Shown: positions 20,769-30,029 of the stretch, piece after piece
Position numbering within the stretch: position 1 is the first letter of the stretch
Layout of the letters: each line of letters begins with the position of its first letter
Assembly (NCBI GenBank): GCA_051751685.1
Contig: JBNJLE010000011.1
Location: 42,788-106,787 of the forward strand
Length of the DNA: 64,000 bases
Source of the DNA: Pseudomonadota bacterium
Lineage (GTDB): Bacteria; Pseudomonadota; Gammaproteobacteria; Pseudomonadales; Halomonadaceae
Direction of reading: 5' to 3'
Program-made: the position numbers and the translations under genes
The notes under the pieces: generated by a model
The model's input: only the letters and a program-made list of their open reading frames with translations
Told to the model about the DNA's origin: nothing
Database searches by the model: none

Positions 20769-20975
20769 ATGTACGTATGTCTCTGCAAGGGGGTCTCGGA
20801 CCACCAGATTCGCCAGGCCGTCGAGGACGGCGCCCGTAGCTGGCGCGACGTCCAGCGCGAGACCGGCTGCGGCACCCAGTGCGGCAAGTGTGCCTGTCAG
20901 GGAAAGGGCATCACCCGGGACGCTGTGAAGGACGAATTGATGGTAGGCGTCGGGGACCTGGCCTACGCTGTCTGA
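20769..20975 (+). CDS. bfd: Bacterioferritin-associated ferredoxin
   Basis: MYVCLCKGVSD...CGTQCGKC is the BFD-like [2Fe-2S] Cys pattern. It lies directly upstream of bfr. An alternative ATG exists at 20763. Confidence 0.85.
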   Translation: MYVCLCKGVSDHQIRQAVEDGARSWRDVQRETGCGTQCGKCACQGKGITRDAVKDELMVGVGDLAYAV

Positions 20976-21130
20976 TGGAATCTAGATGATTCTCGCTTTC
21001 GTTATCAGGCAATTGATTTCGTTGGTTTTTCGTCAGAACTCGCTAGACTGATGGACAGCGTCTGGTAATGCCGTTCACGGCATGCCAGTCTACAGCGACA
21101 CTTCCCCGACGACAGCTATAAGGTGAATCC

Positions 21131-21613
21131 ATGAAAGGCGACAGCAAGGTCATCGAGCATCTCAACAAGGCGCTCGGCAATGAGCTGGTGGCGATCAATC
21201 AGTATTTCCTGCATGCCAAGATCTACAAGGACTGGGGTCTGCAGAAACTGGCCAAGTGGGAATACGGTGAGTCCATCGAGGAGATGCAGCACGCCGACAA
21301 GTTGATCGAGCGCATCCTGTTCCTCGAAGGTATGCCCAACCTCCAGGACCTTGGCAAGCTCAACATTGGCCAGAACGTTCACGAGATGCTCGAGTGTGAT
21401 CTCAAGATCGAGCACGAAGGGCGCAATGATTACATCGAGGCGATCACCTACTGCGAGCAGGTCAAGGACTACGTGAGCCGCGATCTCTTCCGCGACATTC
21501 TCGCCGACGAGGAAGACCACATAGACCATATCGAAACCGAGCTCGGCCTGATCGACAAGGTCGGCATCGAGAACTATATGCTCAAGCAGATGCAGGTCGC
21601 CGGCGAAGAGTAA
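21131..21613 (+). CDS. bfr: Bacterioferritin
   Basis: [36 protein letters not shown]...; the product is 160 aa. Confidence 0.95.
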   Translation: MKGDSKVIEHLNKALGNELVAINQYFLHAKIYKDWGLQKLAKWEYGESIEEMQHADKLIERILFLEGMPNLQDLGKLNIGQNVHEMLECDLKIEHEGRNDYIEAITYCEQVKDYVSRDLFRDILADEEDHIDHIETELGLIDKVGIENYMLKQMQVAGEE

Positions 21614-21643
21614 CCCTTCGTTCACGGCTTGTTTCGTATGTCA

Positions 21644-21666
21644 ACCGGCGCCCTTGTGGCGCCGGT
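21644..21666 (+). terminator. Hairpin downstream of bfr
   Basis: accggcgcc-cttgt-ggcgccggt forms a 9-bp stem. The downstream T-tract is weak. Confidence 0.5.
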
Positions 21667-21697
21667 CGCGTTTCCGGGGTCGAAGACACTCTTGTCC

Positions 21698-21749
21698 GCT
21701 GATGCTCTTCGCTAATGTTCCTGGTTAATGTTCTACGCTAATGTTCTAG
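21698..21749. repeat. Four tandem 13-bp repeats (core TAATGTTC)
   Basis: gctgatgctcttc / gctaatgttcctg / gttaatgttctac / gctaatgttctag. The last three share an exact taatgttc core. The array ends 164 nt upstream of the ABC binding-protein gene. Confidence 0.8.
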
Positions 21750-21912
21750 GCGGGTGCATAGCTCCCGGTGGGGCCTCAGGCATTGCGCCGTCATGGACCC
21801 ACGCCGACGGAGCGGCGGCTGCGACATGGTGCGCCGGCCCTGACCGAGAGGTCAGGCGGCCAATCTGGCAGGCTTCCTGCATTATTACGATGACAACAAT
21901 CAGCGTGAGGGC

Positions 21913-22977
21913 ATGTCCATGAGTCATCATCTTCCCTACTCCGCCGGCCTGGTGGGCGGTGTACTAGGCCTGTCACTTGCCGGCGCCTTGCTCGGCAGTG
22001 CTGCCCTGGCCGACGAGACCCGCATCCGCTTCCAACTCGACTGGCGCTTCGAGGGGCCTTCGGCGCCTTTTCTGATGGCGGTGGAGCGGGGCTATTTCGC
22101 CGAGGAAGGCCTTGATGTCCAGGTCGACTCCGGCAGCGGTTCGGCCGGCGCCATCAATCGCGTCGCCTCGGGGGCCTACGAGATGGGCTTCGGGGATCTC
22201 AACGCTCTGGTGGAATTCCTGGCCGAGAATCCCGATGGCCCCGGTATTCAGGGGGTCTACGTGGTCTATGACGGCTCCCCGGCCTCGGTTTTCGCGCGCA
22301 AGGATCGCGGCATCGAGTCGCCGGCGGACCTCGCTGGCAAGTCGATTGCCGCACCGGCCTTCGACACCGGCTACCGCGCCTGGGGCATCTTCGCCGCCGC
22401 CAATGGCCTCGATGCCGATGACGTCGAGTGGCAGAACGTCGATCCAACCCTGAGAGAGACCTTGCTGGTGCGTGGCGACGTGGACGCCATCACCGGCTTC
22501 TACTTTACCAGCCTGCTCAATCTCGAGGGGCGCGGCATGGGGGAAGAGTCGCTGACCATCATGCCCTTCCCGGATTTCGGGGTGCCACTCTACGGCAATG
22601 CCATCATTGCCAGCGAGTCCTTCTCCGAGGAGAACCCTGAGGCGGTGGCAGGCTTTCTGCGCGCCTTCAACCGCGCCCTGGCCGAGACATTGGCCGACCC
22701 TGAGGGGGCCATCGACTATGTGTTGGCCCGCGATGGCCTGATCGACGTGGCGATGGAGACTCGGCGGCTCAAGCTGGCCATCGAAAGCGTGATCGATACC
22801 GAGGAGGCCCGCGCCCACGGCGCCGGCGCGGTGAATGAGACACGTCTGACCAATGCCATTCAGCTGGTGGCCAATGCCTATGACCTGCCCCAGGTGCCCT
22901 CGGTGGAGCGGGTCTTCACCTCCCGCTACCTGCCCGAGCAGGGCGAGCGGATGATCTTCCCGGGTCAGGGAGACTGA
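21913..22977 (+). CDS. NitT/TauT-family ABC transporter substrate-binding protein (NMT1/THI5-like)
   Basis: Signal peptide, then RIRFQLDWRFEGPSAPFLMAVERGYFAEEGLDV, typical of NMT1-like binding proteins. Substrate unknown. Confidence 0.8.
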   Translation: MSMSHHLPYSAGLVGGVLGLSLAGALLGSAALADETRIRFQLDWRFEGPSAPFLMAVERGYFAEEGLDVQVDSGSGSAGAINRVASGAYEMGFGDLNALVEFLAENPDGPGIQGVYVVYDGSPASVFARKDRGIESPADLAGKSIAAPAFDTGYRAWGIFAAANGLDADDVEWQNVDPTLRETLLVRGDVDAITGFYFTSLLNLEGRGMGEESLTIMPFPDFGVPLYGNAIIASESFSEENPEAVAGFLRAFNRALAETLADPEGAIDYVLARDGLIDVAMETRRLKLAIESVIDTEEARAHGAGAVNETRLTNAIQLVANAYDLPQVPSVERVFTSRYLPEQGERMIFPGQGD

Positions 22978-22979
22978 GC

Positions 22980-23810
22980 ATGACGGTAATCGCTGCCCTG
23001 GACCAGAACGCCGCTGCCCCGCCCAGGGCAGCGGCGCCTTTCGTGGCCTTCGACCGGGTGAGCCTGGCCTACGACGATAGCGGCAACGCCATCGAGGAGA
23101 TTTCGCTCTTCATCGAGGAGGGCGAGTTCGTAGCTTTTGTAGGCCCCTCGGGCTGCGGGAAGTCCACCTTCATGAAGCTGTGCACTGGTCTGAATGCGCC
23201 CACCGCGGGCAGCGTGCGAGTCGATGGTGAGCCGGTGGGCGGGCCGCTGAAGATCTGCGGCATGGCCTTCCAGAGCGCCAACTTGCTGCCCTGGCGCACC
23301 ACCCTGGACAACGTGCTGCTACCTCTGGAGATCGTGAAGCCCTACCGCTCCCAGTTTCGCCGCCGTCGCGCCGAGTTCGAGGGCTGGGCCCGGCAGCTGC
23401 TGAGCGCCGTGGGCCTGGCGGGCTATGAGGACCAGTACCCCTGGCAGCTCTCCGGCGGGATGCAGCAGCGTGCCTCCATCTGTCGGGCGCTGATCCACCG
23501 GCCCCGACTGCTGATGCTTGACGAGCCCTTCGCGGCCCTGGATGCCTTCACCCGGGAGGAGCTGTGGTGCGTGTTGCGTGACCTCTGGGAGGCCCAGCGC
23601 TTTACCGTGGTACTGGTAACCCACGACCTGCGGGAGGCGGCTTTCTTGGCCGATACCGTCTATGTGATGAGTCGGCGTCCGGGGCGCATCCTGGAAGCCC
23701 GCGCCATCGACTTCCCGCGCCCGCGTTCCCTGGCAATGACCTTTGATGCGCCCTTCACCGCTGTGGTGCACGAACTTCGCTCGCGGATCGGCGAGATCCA
23801 CGGCAGCTGA
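22980..23810 (+). CDS. NitT/TauT-family ABC transporter ATP-binding protein
   Basis: Walker A GPSGCGKST, signature LSGGMQQR, Walker B LLMLDEP. Confidence 0.88.
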   Translation: MTVIAALDQNAAAPPRAAAPFVAFDRVSLAYDDSGNAIEEISLFIEEGEFVAFVGPSGCGKSTFMKLCTGLNAPTAGSVRVDGEPVGGPLKICGMAFQSANLLPWRTTLDNVLLPLEIVKPYRSQFRRRRAEFEGWARQLLSAVGLAGYEDQYPWQLSGGMQQRASICRALIHRPRLLMLDEPFAALDAFTREELWCVLRDLWEAQRFTVVLVTHDLREAAFLADTVYVMSRRPGRILEARAIDFPRPRSLAMTFDAPFTAVVHELRSRIGEIHGS

Positions 23811-23819
23811 GGAGTCACC

Positions 23820-24587
23820 ATGTCCAAGCACAACCGGCTGCTCGAACGCCTGGCCCCGTGGATCGCCGTGGTGGTCCTGATCGTGATCTGGGAGGTCGCA
23901 GTGCGCGCTTTTGACGTGCCGCCCTTCATCTTCCCCAGCGCTTCGGCCACCGCTCAGGCCCTGGTCACCTTCGCCGGCCCCATCGGCATGCACTCCTGGC
24001 AGACCTTCTGGACCACCATGGCAGGCTTTGGCCTGGGGGTGGCGGTCGGCCTGGTACTGGGCTTTATCGTCGGCTCATCGCGCTTCCTCTACCACGCCTG
24101 TTATCCGCTGCTGGTGGGTTTCAACGCCATCCCCAAGGTGGCCTTCGTGCCGATCTTGGTGGTGTGGTTCGGCATCGGCTCGGTGCCGGCGATTCTTACC
24201 GCCTTCCTGATCTGCTTCTTTCCCATCGTGGTCAATGTGGCCACTGGCCTGGCGACGCTGGAGCCGGAACTGGAGGACGTGCTGCGGGTGCTGGGGGCAA
24301 AACGCCTGGACGTGTTGCTCAAGGTGGGCCTGCCGCGTTCGCTTCCCTATTTCTTTGCCTCACTGAAGATCGCCATCACGCTGGCCTTCGTGGGAACCGT
24401 GGTCTCGGAAACCGTGGCCTCGAACCAGGGCATCGGCTACCTGATGATGAGTGCCGGCTCCCAGATGCGCATGTCGCTGGTGTTCGCCGGGCTGATCGTG
24501 ATCAGCGCCATGGCCATGGTGATGTACGAACTGTTTGCGCTGCTGGAGAAGCGAATGACGGCCTGGGCGCATCGTGGCCAGCGCTAA
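23820..24587 (+). CDS. NitT/TauT-family ABC transporter permease
   Basis: Six-TM BPD-type permease with an EAA-like loop (LGAKRLDVLLKVGLPRSLP). Confidence 0.85.
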   Translation: MSKHNRLLERLAPWIAVVVLIVIWEVAVRAFDVPPFIFPSASATAQALVTFAGPIGMHSWQTFWTTMAGFGLGVAVGLVLGFIVGSSRFLYHACYPLLVGFNAIPKVAFVPILVVWFGIGSVPAILTAFLICFFPIVVNVATGLATLEPELEDVLRVLGAKRLDVLLKVGLPRSLPYFFASLKIAITLAFVGTVVSETVASNQGIGYLMMSAGSQMRMSLVFAGLIVISAMAMVMYELFALLEKRMTAWAHRGQR

Positions 24588-24593
24588 GAGGCC

Positions 24594-24818
24594 TCAGAAT
24601 GCCTTCTCGAGCTCGAAGCGCGGCACCGGCTCTCCTCGCACTTCCACCAGCTCGGTGAAGTTATCCAGGGGGCGAACCCAGAGGCCGTATTCGCCGTAGA
24701 GGGCGCGGTAGACCACCAGGGGCTCCTCGGTCTCGCTGTGATGGGCCAGGCCCAGCACCTCGTAGCGGTTGCCCTTGTAGTGGGCATAGATACCGGGAAC
24801 GGCAAGTGGACGGGACAT
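24594..24818 (-). CDS. DUF1653 family protein
   Basis: GIYAHYKGNRYEVLGLAHHSETEEPLVVYRALYG is the DUF1653 core. Start is ambiguous (24818, 24830 or 24836). Confidence 0.7.
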   Translation of the reverse strand: MSRPLAVPGIYAHYKGNRYEVLGLAHHSETEEPLVVYRALYGEYGLWVRPLDNFTELVEVRGEPVPRFELEKAF

Positions 24819-24890
24819 GGCAGACTCCATCGTCAAGGTGTCAGGGGCTGGGGGTAGGAAACGGGGCGCCGGGAAGTGGAAGAGGAGAGC

Positions 24891-25757
24891 TCAGGGCGGT
24901 GAGATGTCATCGGCGGCAGCCATCGCGGCCCGTTTCGAGAGCCGGGCCAGTACCCGGGCGGCGGCGGTGAAACCGAAACTGCCGGTGACGAAGGTAGCGG
25001 CGCCGAAGCCGGAGGCGCAGTCCAGCCGGGTGGACTCGCCGCTGCCGGGTTTCTGGAAGCACACCTCGCCGTCGCTGTCCGGGTAGACCAGCTGTTCGTC
25101 AGAATAGACACACTCCACGGAGAAGCGTCGCTTCGGGTTGCGCGAGAAGCCGAAGTCGCGACGCAGCCGGGCGCGCACCTTGGCCAGCAGGGGGTCATGC
25201 TCGGTGCGGGCCAGATCCGCAATCCGAATGCGGGTAGGGTCGGTCTGACCGCCGGCGGCACCGGTGACGGTGATCGGCAGCTTGCGCCGCTTGCACCAGG
25301 CGATCAGCGCCGCCTTGGCCACTACGCTGTCGATGGCATCCACCACATGATCGGCGTCCTCTGGGATGCGCTCAGTCAGATTGGTGGGGGTGACGAAGGC
25401 GGTGTCGGCCACGACGTCGATACCCGGCTGAATGGCTCGACAGCGCTCGGCCAGCACGTCGACCTTGGGCCGGCCGATGGTGCCGTCCAGGGCATGGAGC
25501 TGACGATTGACGTTGGAGACGCAGATGTCGTCCAGGTCGATCAGGGTCAGCCGACCGATGCCGGAGCGGGCCAGCGCCTCCACCGTCCAACTGCCTACGC
25601 CGCCCACGCCCACTACCACCACGTGGGCAGAGCGGAAGCGCGCGAAGGCGCGGGTGCCGTAGAGTCGGCGGATGCCGCCGAAGCGCAGGGCGTAGTCGTC
25701 CGTGTCGACGGAGTCCTGGGGGGGAATGGCAGAAGAGGCGAAGGGCAGATTGGTCAT
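24891..25757 (-). CDS. tcdA: tRNA cyclic t6A dehydratase (ThiF/E1-like)
   Basis: RFGGIRRLYG...VVVVGVGGVGSWTVEALARSGIG.LTLIDLDDICVSNVNRQ is typical of TcdA/CsdL. Confidence 0.85.
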   Translation of the reverse strand: MTNLPFASSAIPPQDSVDTDDYALRFGGIRRLYGTRAFARFRSAHVVVVGVGGVGSWTVEALARSGIGRLTLIDLDDICVSNVNRQLHALDGTIGRPKVDVLAERCRAIQPGIDVVADTAFVTPTNLTERIPEDADHVVDAIDSVVAKAALIAWCKRRKLPITVTGAAGGQTDPTRIRIADLARTEHDPLLAKVRARLRRDFGFSRNPKRRFSVECVYSDEQLVYPDSDGEVCFQKPGSGESTRLDCASGFGAATFVTGSFGFTAAARVLARLSKRAAMAAADDISPP

Positions 25758-25770
25758 GGTGGCGTGTCGG

Positions 25771-26544
25771 TCAGTCGGTGGCGGCGGGTGCATGATGGGA
25801 CGGGGTCTCCTGAACGGTGTCTACCGGCAGGTGGCCGGCCCAGCCGAAGCGCTGGAAGAGCGCCGTCATGATGGCGTCCAGGGCGCAGCTCAAATGCAGT
25901 GGCCGCCCCGTCACCGGATGCACGAAGGCCAGCCGGGTGGCGGCCAGCAGCAGCCGCGGGGCGTCCAGCCGCTCGGCGAAAAATCGGTTGTGGTTGCCTT
26001 TGCCGTGCTTGGCATCGCCGATGATCGGGTAGCCGCGCTGGGAGAGATGGCGGCGAATCTGGTGGCGCCGCCCGGTGAGTGGGCGGGCCTCCATCAGGGA
26101 ATAGCGGCTGTGCGGATAGCGATCCACCTGTACCGGCAATTCTACGCTGTCCAGGCGCCTTATCTCGGTGACCGCGTCCATGGCGGGCATCTCGGCTTTG
26201 GGGCGGCTGCCATCCTCCTCGCGCAGCGGGTACTCGAGCCGATCCGCTACGGGACCGATGCCGCGCACCACCGCCAGGTAGCGTTTGGCCACCAGGCGCT
26301 CGGTGAAGGCCTCGCTGAGCCGCTTGGCGATCTCCGGCGTGAGGGCGAACAGCATCACCCCTGAGGTGGGGCGATCCAGTCGATGCACGGGATAGACCCG
26401 CCGACCGAGCTGGTCGCGCAGCCGCTGCAGCAGGAATTCGCACTCGCCCCGGGCCAGGGCGGTGCGGTGGACCAGCAGTCCCGCCGGCTTGTGAACGGCT
26501 ACCAGGTGCTCGTCGAGATGCAGGATGCGCAGAGGGTCGCTCAT
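25771..26544 (-). CDS. truC: tRNA pseudouridine synthase C (RluA family)
   Basis: HKPAGLLVHR and catalytic HRLDRPTSG; about 257 aa. Confidence 0.8.
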   Translation of the reverse strand: MSDPLRILHLDEHLVAVHKPAGLLVHRTALARGECEFLLQRLRDQLGRRVYPVHRLDRPTSGVMLFALTPEIAKRLSEAFTERLVAKRYLAVVRGIGPVADRLEYPLREEDGSRPKAEMPAMDAVTEIRRLDSVELPVQVDRYPHSRYSLMEARPLTGRRHQIRRHLSQRGYPIIGDAKHGKGNHNRFFAERLDAPRLLLAATRLAFVHPVTGRPLHLSCALDAIMTALFQRFGWAGHLPVDTVQETPSHHAPAATD

Positions 26545-26617
26545 ACCGGGGGAACCGCCGAGTCAGTAGGTGGCGTCACAAAGTGGCCGGCCATTGTCAC
26601 CGCCCGACGCGACGATG

Positions 26618-27829
26618 TCACCCACGAGAGGGCGTGACGACCGAGGTCGCGCCGGCGGCACAGGACTGCGGTGCCAGCCGGCGAATCTCTACGTGGGAGA
26701 ACCAGTCGAGATCGGCGGCAGCGGCCTTCAGCCGGCGGGCCGTCTGTTGGCTCTCCAGCGGCGAGTGTTCGTCGAGGCAGGCCACTACCGTGACCCGACC
26801 CTCCAGGTAGTGCAGCTCCAGGTCGCGCAGCTCAGGCCAGTCGGGCAGGGTGGACCAGCGCTGTGTCAGCGCTGCTTCTACCTCGGGGCGTAGCGGCAGA
26901 CCGGGCAGGCGGCTCGGGTCTCCCGCCCCGGCGTCATCCTCGGGGTCGATGTGGAAAGTCAGGTCGGTCAGCTCCGGGTGGGCCTGGCGCAGTCGGCGGC
27001 TTACCTCGTTGCCGATCTCGTGGCCCTCGGAAACGCTGATACGCGGCGATACCACCACATGGAGGTCGAGCATGGTGCGTCCGGCCGACTGGCGCGTGCG
27101 CAGATCGTGGATGCCGTCCACCCCCGGCACGCTCAGTGCCACGTCGCGCATCGCCTCCTGCTGTGACACCGGCAGGGCGGTATCCACCAGCTCCCGGCCC
27201 GCCTCCCACAGCAGATCCCACCCGACCTTGCCGACTAGCAGTCCCACGACCACTGCGGCTAGCGTATCCAGCCAGCCGTGGCCGAACTGGGTGCCCACCA
27301 GGCCCACCAGCACCACCCCGGTGGAGAGCACGTCCGAGCGGGAGTGCCAGGCGTTGGCCGCCAGCAGCTTGGAGTCCAGGCGGCGTGCCACGCGCATGGT
27401 GATCTGGAACAAGGCCTCCTTGGCAAGCAGGGCGGCCAAGGCAATCAGCATGGCCCAGATGCCTGGCGGCGGTATCTGGGCGCCGGAGAATAGCCGTTCC
27501 ATGCTCGACCAGGCGATGGCGCCTGCCACGAAGATCAGTACGCTGCCCAGGAACAGCGTGGCCAGGGTCTCGATGCGACCATGTCCATAGGGATGATCAT
27601 GATCCGGCCCCTGGCTGCCATAGTGGGTGGCGGCCAGTACGAAGCCATCGGTGATCAGGTCCGAGAAGGAGTGAATGCCGTCGGCGATCAGCGCCGCCGA
27701 GCCTACCAGGGCACCGGTGATCACCTTGACCAGGCCGACGATGCCGTCGACCCAGATGGCAAGCACAGTAACGCGTCGGGTGTCGCGGGTCCTCTGCTGG
27801 TGGCTGATCTCGGGGTCGGTGTTCTGCAT
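26618..27829 (-). CDS. Cation diffusion facilitator family transporter with extended C-terminus
   Basis: Start trimmed to MQNTDPE at 27829. Motifs SAALIADGIHSFSDLITD and HGHGRIE. About 100 extra C-terminal residues. Confidence 0.85.
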   Translation of the reverse strand: MQNTDPEISHQQRTRDTRRVTVLAIWVDGIVGLVKVITGALVGSAALIADGIHSFSDLITDGFVLAATHYGSQGPDHDHPYGHGRIETLATLFLGSVLIFVAGAIAWSSMERLFSGAQIPPPGIWAMLIALAALLAKEALFQITMRVARRLDSKLLAANAWHSRSDVLSTGVVLVGLVGTQFGHGWLDTLAAVVVGLLVGKVGWDLLWEAGRELVDTALPVSQQEAMRDVALSVPGVDGIHDLRTRQSAGRTMLDLHVVVSPRISVSEGHEIGNEVSRRLRQAHPELTDLTFHIDPEDDAGAGDPSRLPGLPLRPEVEAALTQRWSTLPDWPELRDLELHYLEGRVTVVACLDEHSPLESQQTARRLKAAAADLDWFSHVEIRRLAPQSCAAGATSVVTPSRG

Positions 27830-28001
27830 GGTAGCCAGGCCTTGGGCGACGCGGTTGGTGCGCACGTGACACACGCCGGTCATGGACGTTTCGAACGATC
27901 AAATAGTACCGAAAAGGTCCTCTTTCGTGCAATGGGCCGACTTGATGTCGGCGCCGTGCTGCGCCACTGTCGTGTTGTTCACCTAGTAACGAGGAGTTGT
28001 C

Positions 28002-28676
28002 ATGCCGTCTACTGTACTGATCACCGGCGCCAATCGCGGCGTCGGTCTCGCCCTGGCAAGCCGCTACCGTGATGCCGGCTGGGAGGTGATCGGCGTCTGC
28101 CGCAGCAGCGGTGGCGATACCGCCGAGCTTCGGCAGGTGGCCAACAGGGTTATCGAGGGCGTTGATGTGACCCGTGACGAGGACGTTGCCCGCCTGGCCG
28201 TCGAGCTGGAGGGCCAGCGGCTCGACCTGCTGATCAACAACGCTGGCCTGCTCAAGGACGAGCGTCTGGGTGCGCTCGACTTCGATTCCATTCGCGAGCA
28301 GATGGAGGTCAATGCCTACGCGCCGCTGCGCGTGACCGAGGCGCTGCTCGGCTGCCTGGGGGATGGCAGCAAGGTGGCCAACATCACCAGCCGCATGGGC
28401 TCCATCGCTGACAATGACTCTGGCGGGCGCTACGGCTATCGCGCCTCCAAGGCGGCGCTCAACGCCTTCGGCAAATCGTTGGCCATGGACCTCAAGCCCC
28501 GCGGCATCGCCGTGGCCCAGCTTCATCCCGGCTATGTACAGACCCGCATGGTCGACTTCGGTGGCATGATCACCCCGGAAGAAGCCGCTGCCGGTATCGC
28601 CGAGCGGATTGAAGCGCTCAGTCTGGCAACGACTGGCGGCTTCTGGCACAGCAACGGCGAACCGCTGCCCTGGTAG
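28002..28676 (+). CDS. SDR-family oxidoreductase
   Basis: TGANRGVGLA cofactor motif, NNAG, and the catalytic YRASKAAL. Confidence 0.85.
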   Translation: MPSTVLITGANRGVGLALASRYRDAGWEVIGVCRSSGGDTAELRQVANRVIEGVDVTRDEDVARLAVELEGQRLDLLINNAGLLKDERLGALDFDSIREQMEVNAYAPLRVTEALLGCLGDGSKVANITSRMGSIADNDSGGRYGYRASKAALNAFGKSLAMDLKPRGIAVAQLHPGYVQTRMVDFGGMITPEEAAAGIAERIEALSLATTGGFWHSNGEPLPW

Positions 28677-28772
28677 CCTGAACCGGCGACGAACGCAGCC
28701 TTCGCTAATAGCGTTGGCGGCGATGGAAAATTTGTGTGTAGGCTAACGGTCTTGCCCTGGACCGGAGTCACC

Positions 28773-29997
28773 ATGTCTGAGCCTTTCCTTGCCGCCTCGT
28801 CGGATCGTCAAGAGGGCTGGCGCGTGCTGGCGGTTACCACCTGGGTGCAGGTGCTGTGCAGTGGCGGGATGCTGCTGGTGCCGACCCTGGCGCCTCAGGT
28901 GGCGGCGGCCTTCGGCGTGCCGACCGGCTGGGTGGGTCTTCAGGTCAGCCTGCTCTACGGGGTGGCGATGCTCACCTCGCTGCAATCGGCGGTGCTGGCT
29001 CGGCGCCTGGGCGGCTGTCGGGCCAGCCAGCTGGCCATCGCTCTGGTCATGGTTGGCTGTGCGCTGGCCCTGATCGGTTCGCCGCTGGCGCTGCTGGCCA
29101 CTACCCTGATGCTGGGCCTCGCCTACGGGATCACCAGTCCCGCGGCAGCAGAGCTGCTCACTCGCTTCACTTCCCCTGAACGGCGCAACCTCGTCTTCTC
29201 CATCAAGCAGACCGGTGTGCCGCTGGGCGGCGTGCTGGCCGGGCTTCTGGCGCCGCCGCTGGCCGCCTACTGGAACTGGCAGGCAGCCTTCCTGGCGGTG
29301 AGCGGTGCCAGCCTGGCCACGCTGCTGCTGCTTCAGCCCCAGCGTGCCCATTGGGATGCTACCCCTCGACGCCAGCGTTCGCATGCGGGGTGTCGGAAGT
29401 CTGGACGTGCTGCGGCGCGACCGGGCCATGCGTTGGCTGGGCGCTACCGGCTTCTGCCTTTCGGCGGCGCAGCTCTCGCTGCTGAGCTTCGCGGTGGCCT
29501 TCATGGTGGAGGAGCTGTTGCTGACGCTGGTGATGGCTGGGGCGATCGTCTCGCTGGTGCATGTGGCCGGGGTGTCAGGCCGCCTGGCCTGGGGGGCGTT
29601 GGCCGACCGCCTGGGAGGTAGCCTGCAGGTGTTGTTCGGGTTGGCCGGTGTGATCGCCACAGTCTTCCTGTTGCTCGCCCTGCTTGGTACCCGGGTGCCC
29701 ACCTGGCTGACGATTATCCTGATGGTAGTTGCCGGCGCAACAGCGGTGGGCTGGAACGGGGTCTACCTGGCCGAGGTGGCCCGGCGCTGCCGGCCTGGAG
29801 AGGTGGGCGAGGCCACCGCCGCTGTGCTGGTGCTCACCTACATGGGAGTGCTGGTGGGGCCGGCGCTATTCAGCCTGATCGTCTGGCTGACCGGCAGTTA
29901 TGCCGTCGGCTTCCTGCTGCCCACCATGACCGGCGCGCTGGCCGTTTTGTGTCTGGTGAACTGCGTGCGTGCCGACAGGGCCTCCCAGCCCAACTGA
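28773..29997 (+). pseudogene. MFS transporter split by a +1 frameshift near 29350-29370
   Basis: ORF 28734..29621 is membrane-like up to ...LLLLQPQRAHWDA and then becomes Arg/Gly-rich nonsense. ORF 29305..29997, in the +1 frame, carries the rest (DVLRRDRAMRWLGATGFCLSAAQ...). The switch lies at or near the cccc run at 29362-29365. Confidence 0.75.
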
Positions 29998-30029
29998 GCG
30001 GCCCTGTCGGCCGATCTAGGCCATGGCGC

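Noticed and set aside
21750-21912. Possible TPP (THI-box) riboswitch ahead of the NMT1/THI5-like binding protein gene
   Set aside because: I looked for the conserved CUGAGA and ACCUGAUCUGGAUAAUGCCAGCG elements. Only vague resemblances are present (gggtgc, ctgaccgagagg), so there is no convincing THI-box. A covariance-model scan would settle it.
27597-29702. 350-aa and 319-aa ORFs on the - strand (27597..28649 and 28743..29702)
   Set aside because: They are antisense to the SDR gene and the MFS gene, and they are Arg/Gly/His-rich with no motifs.
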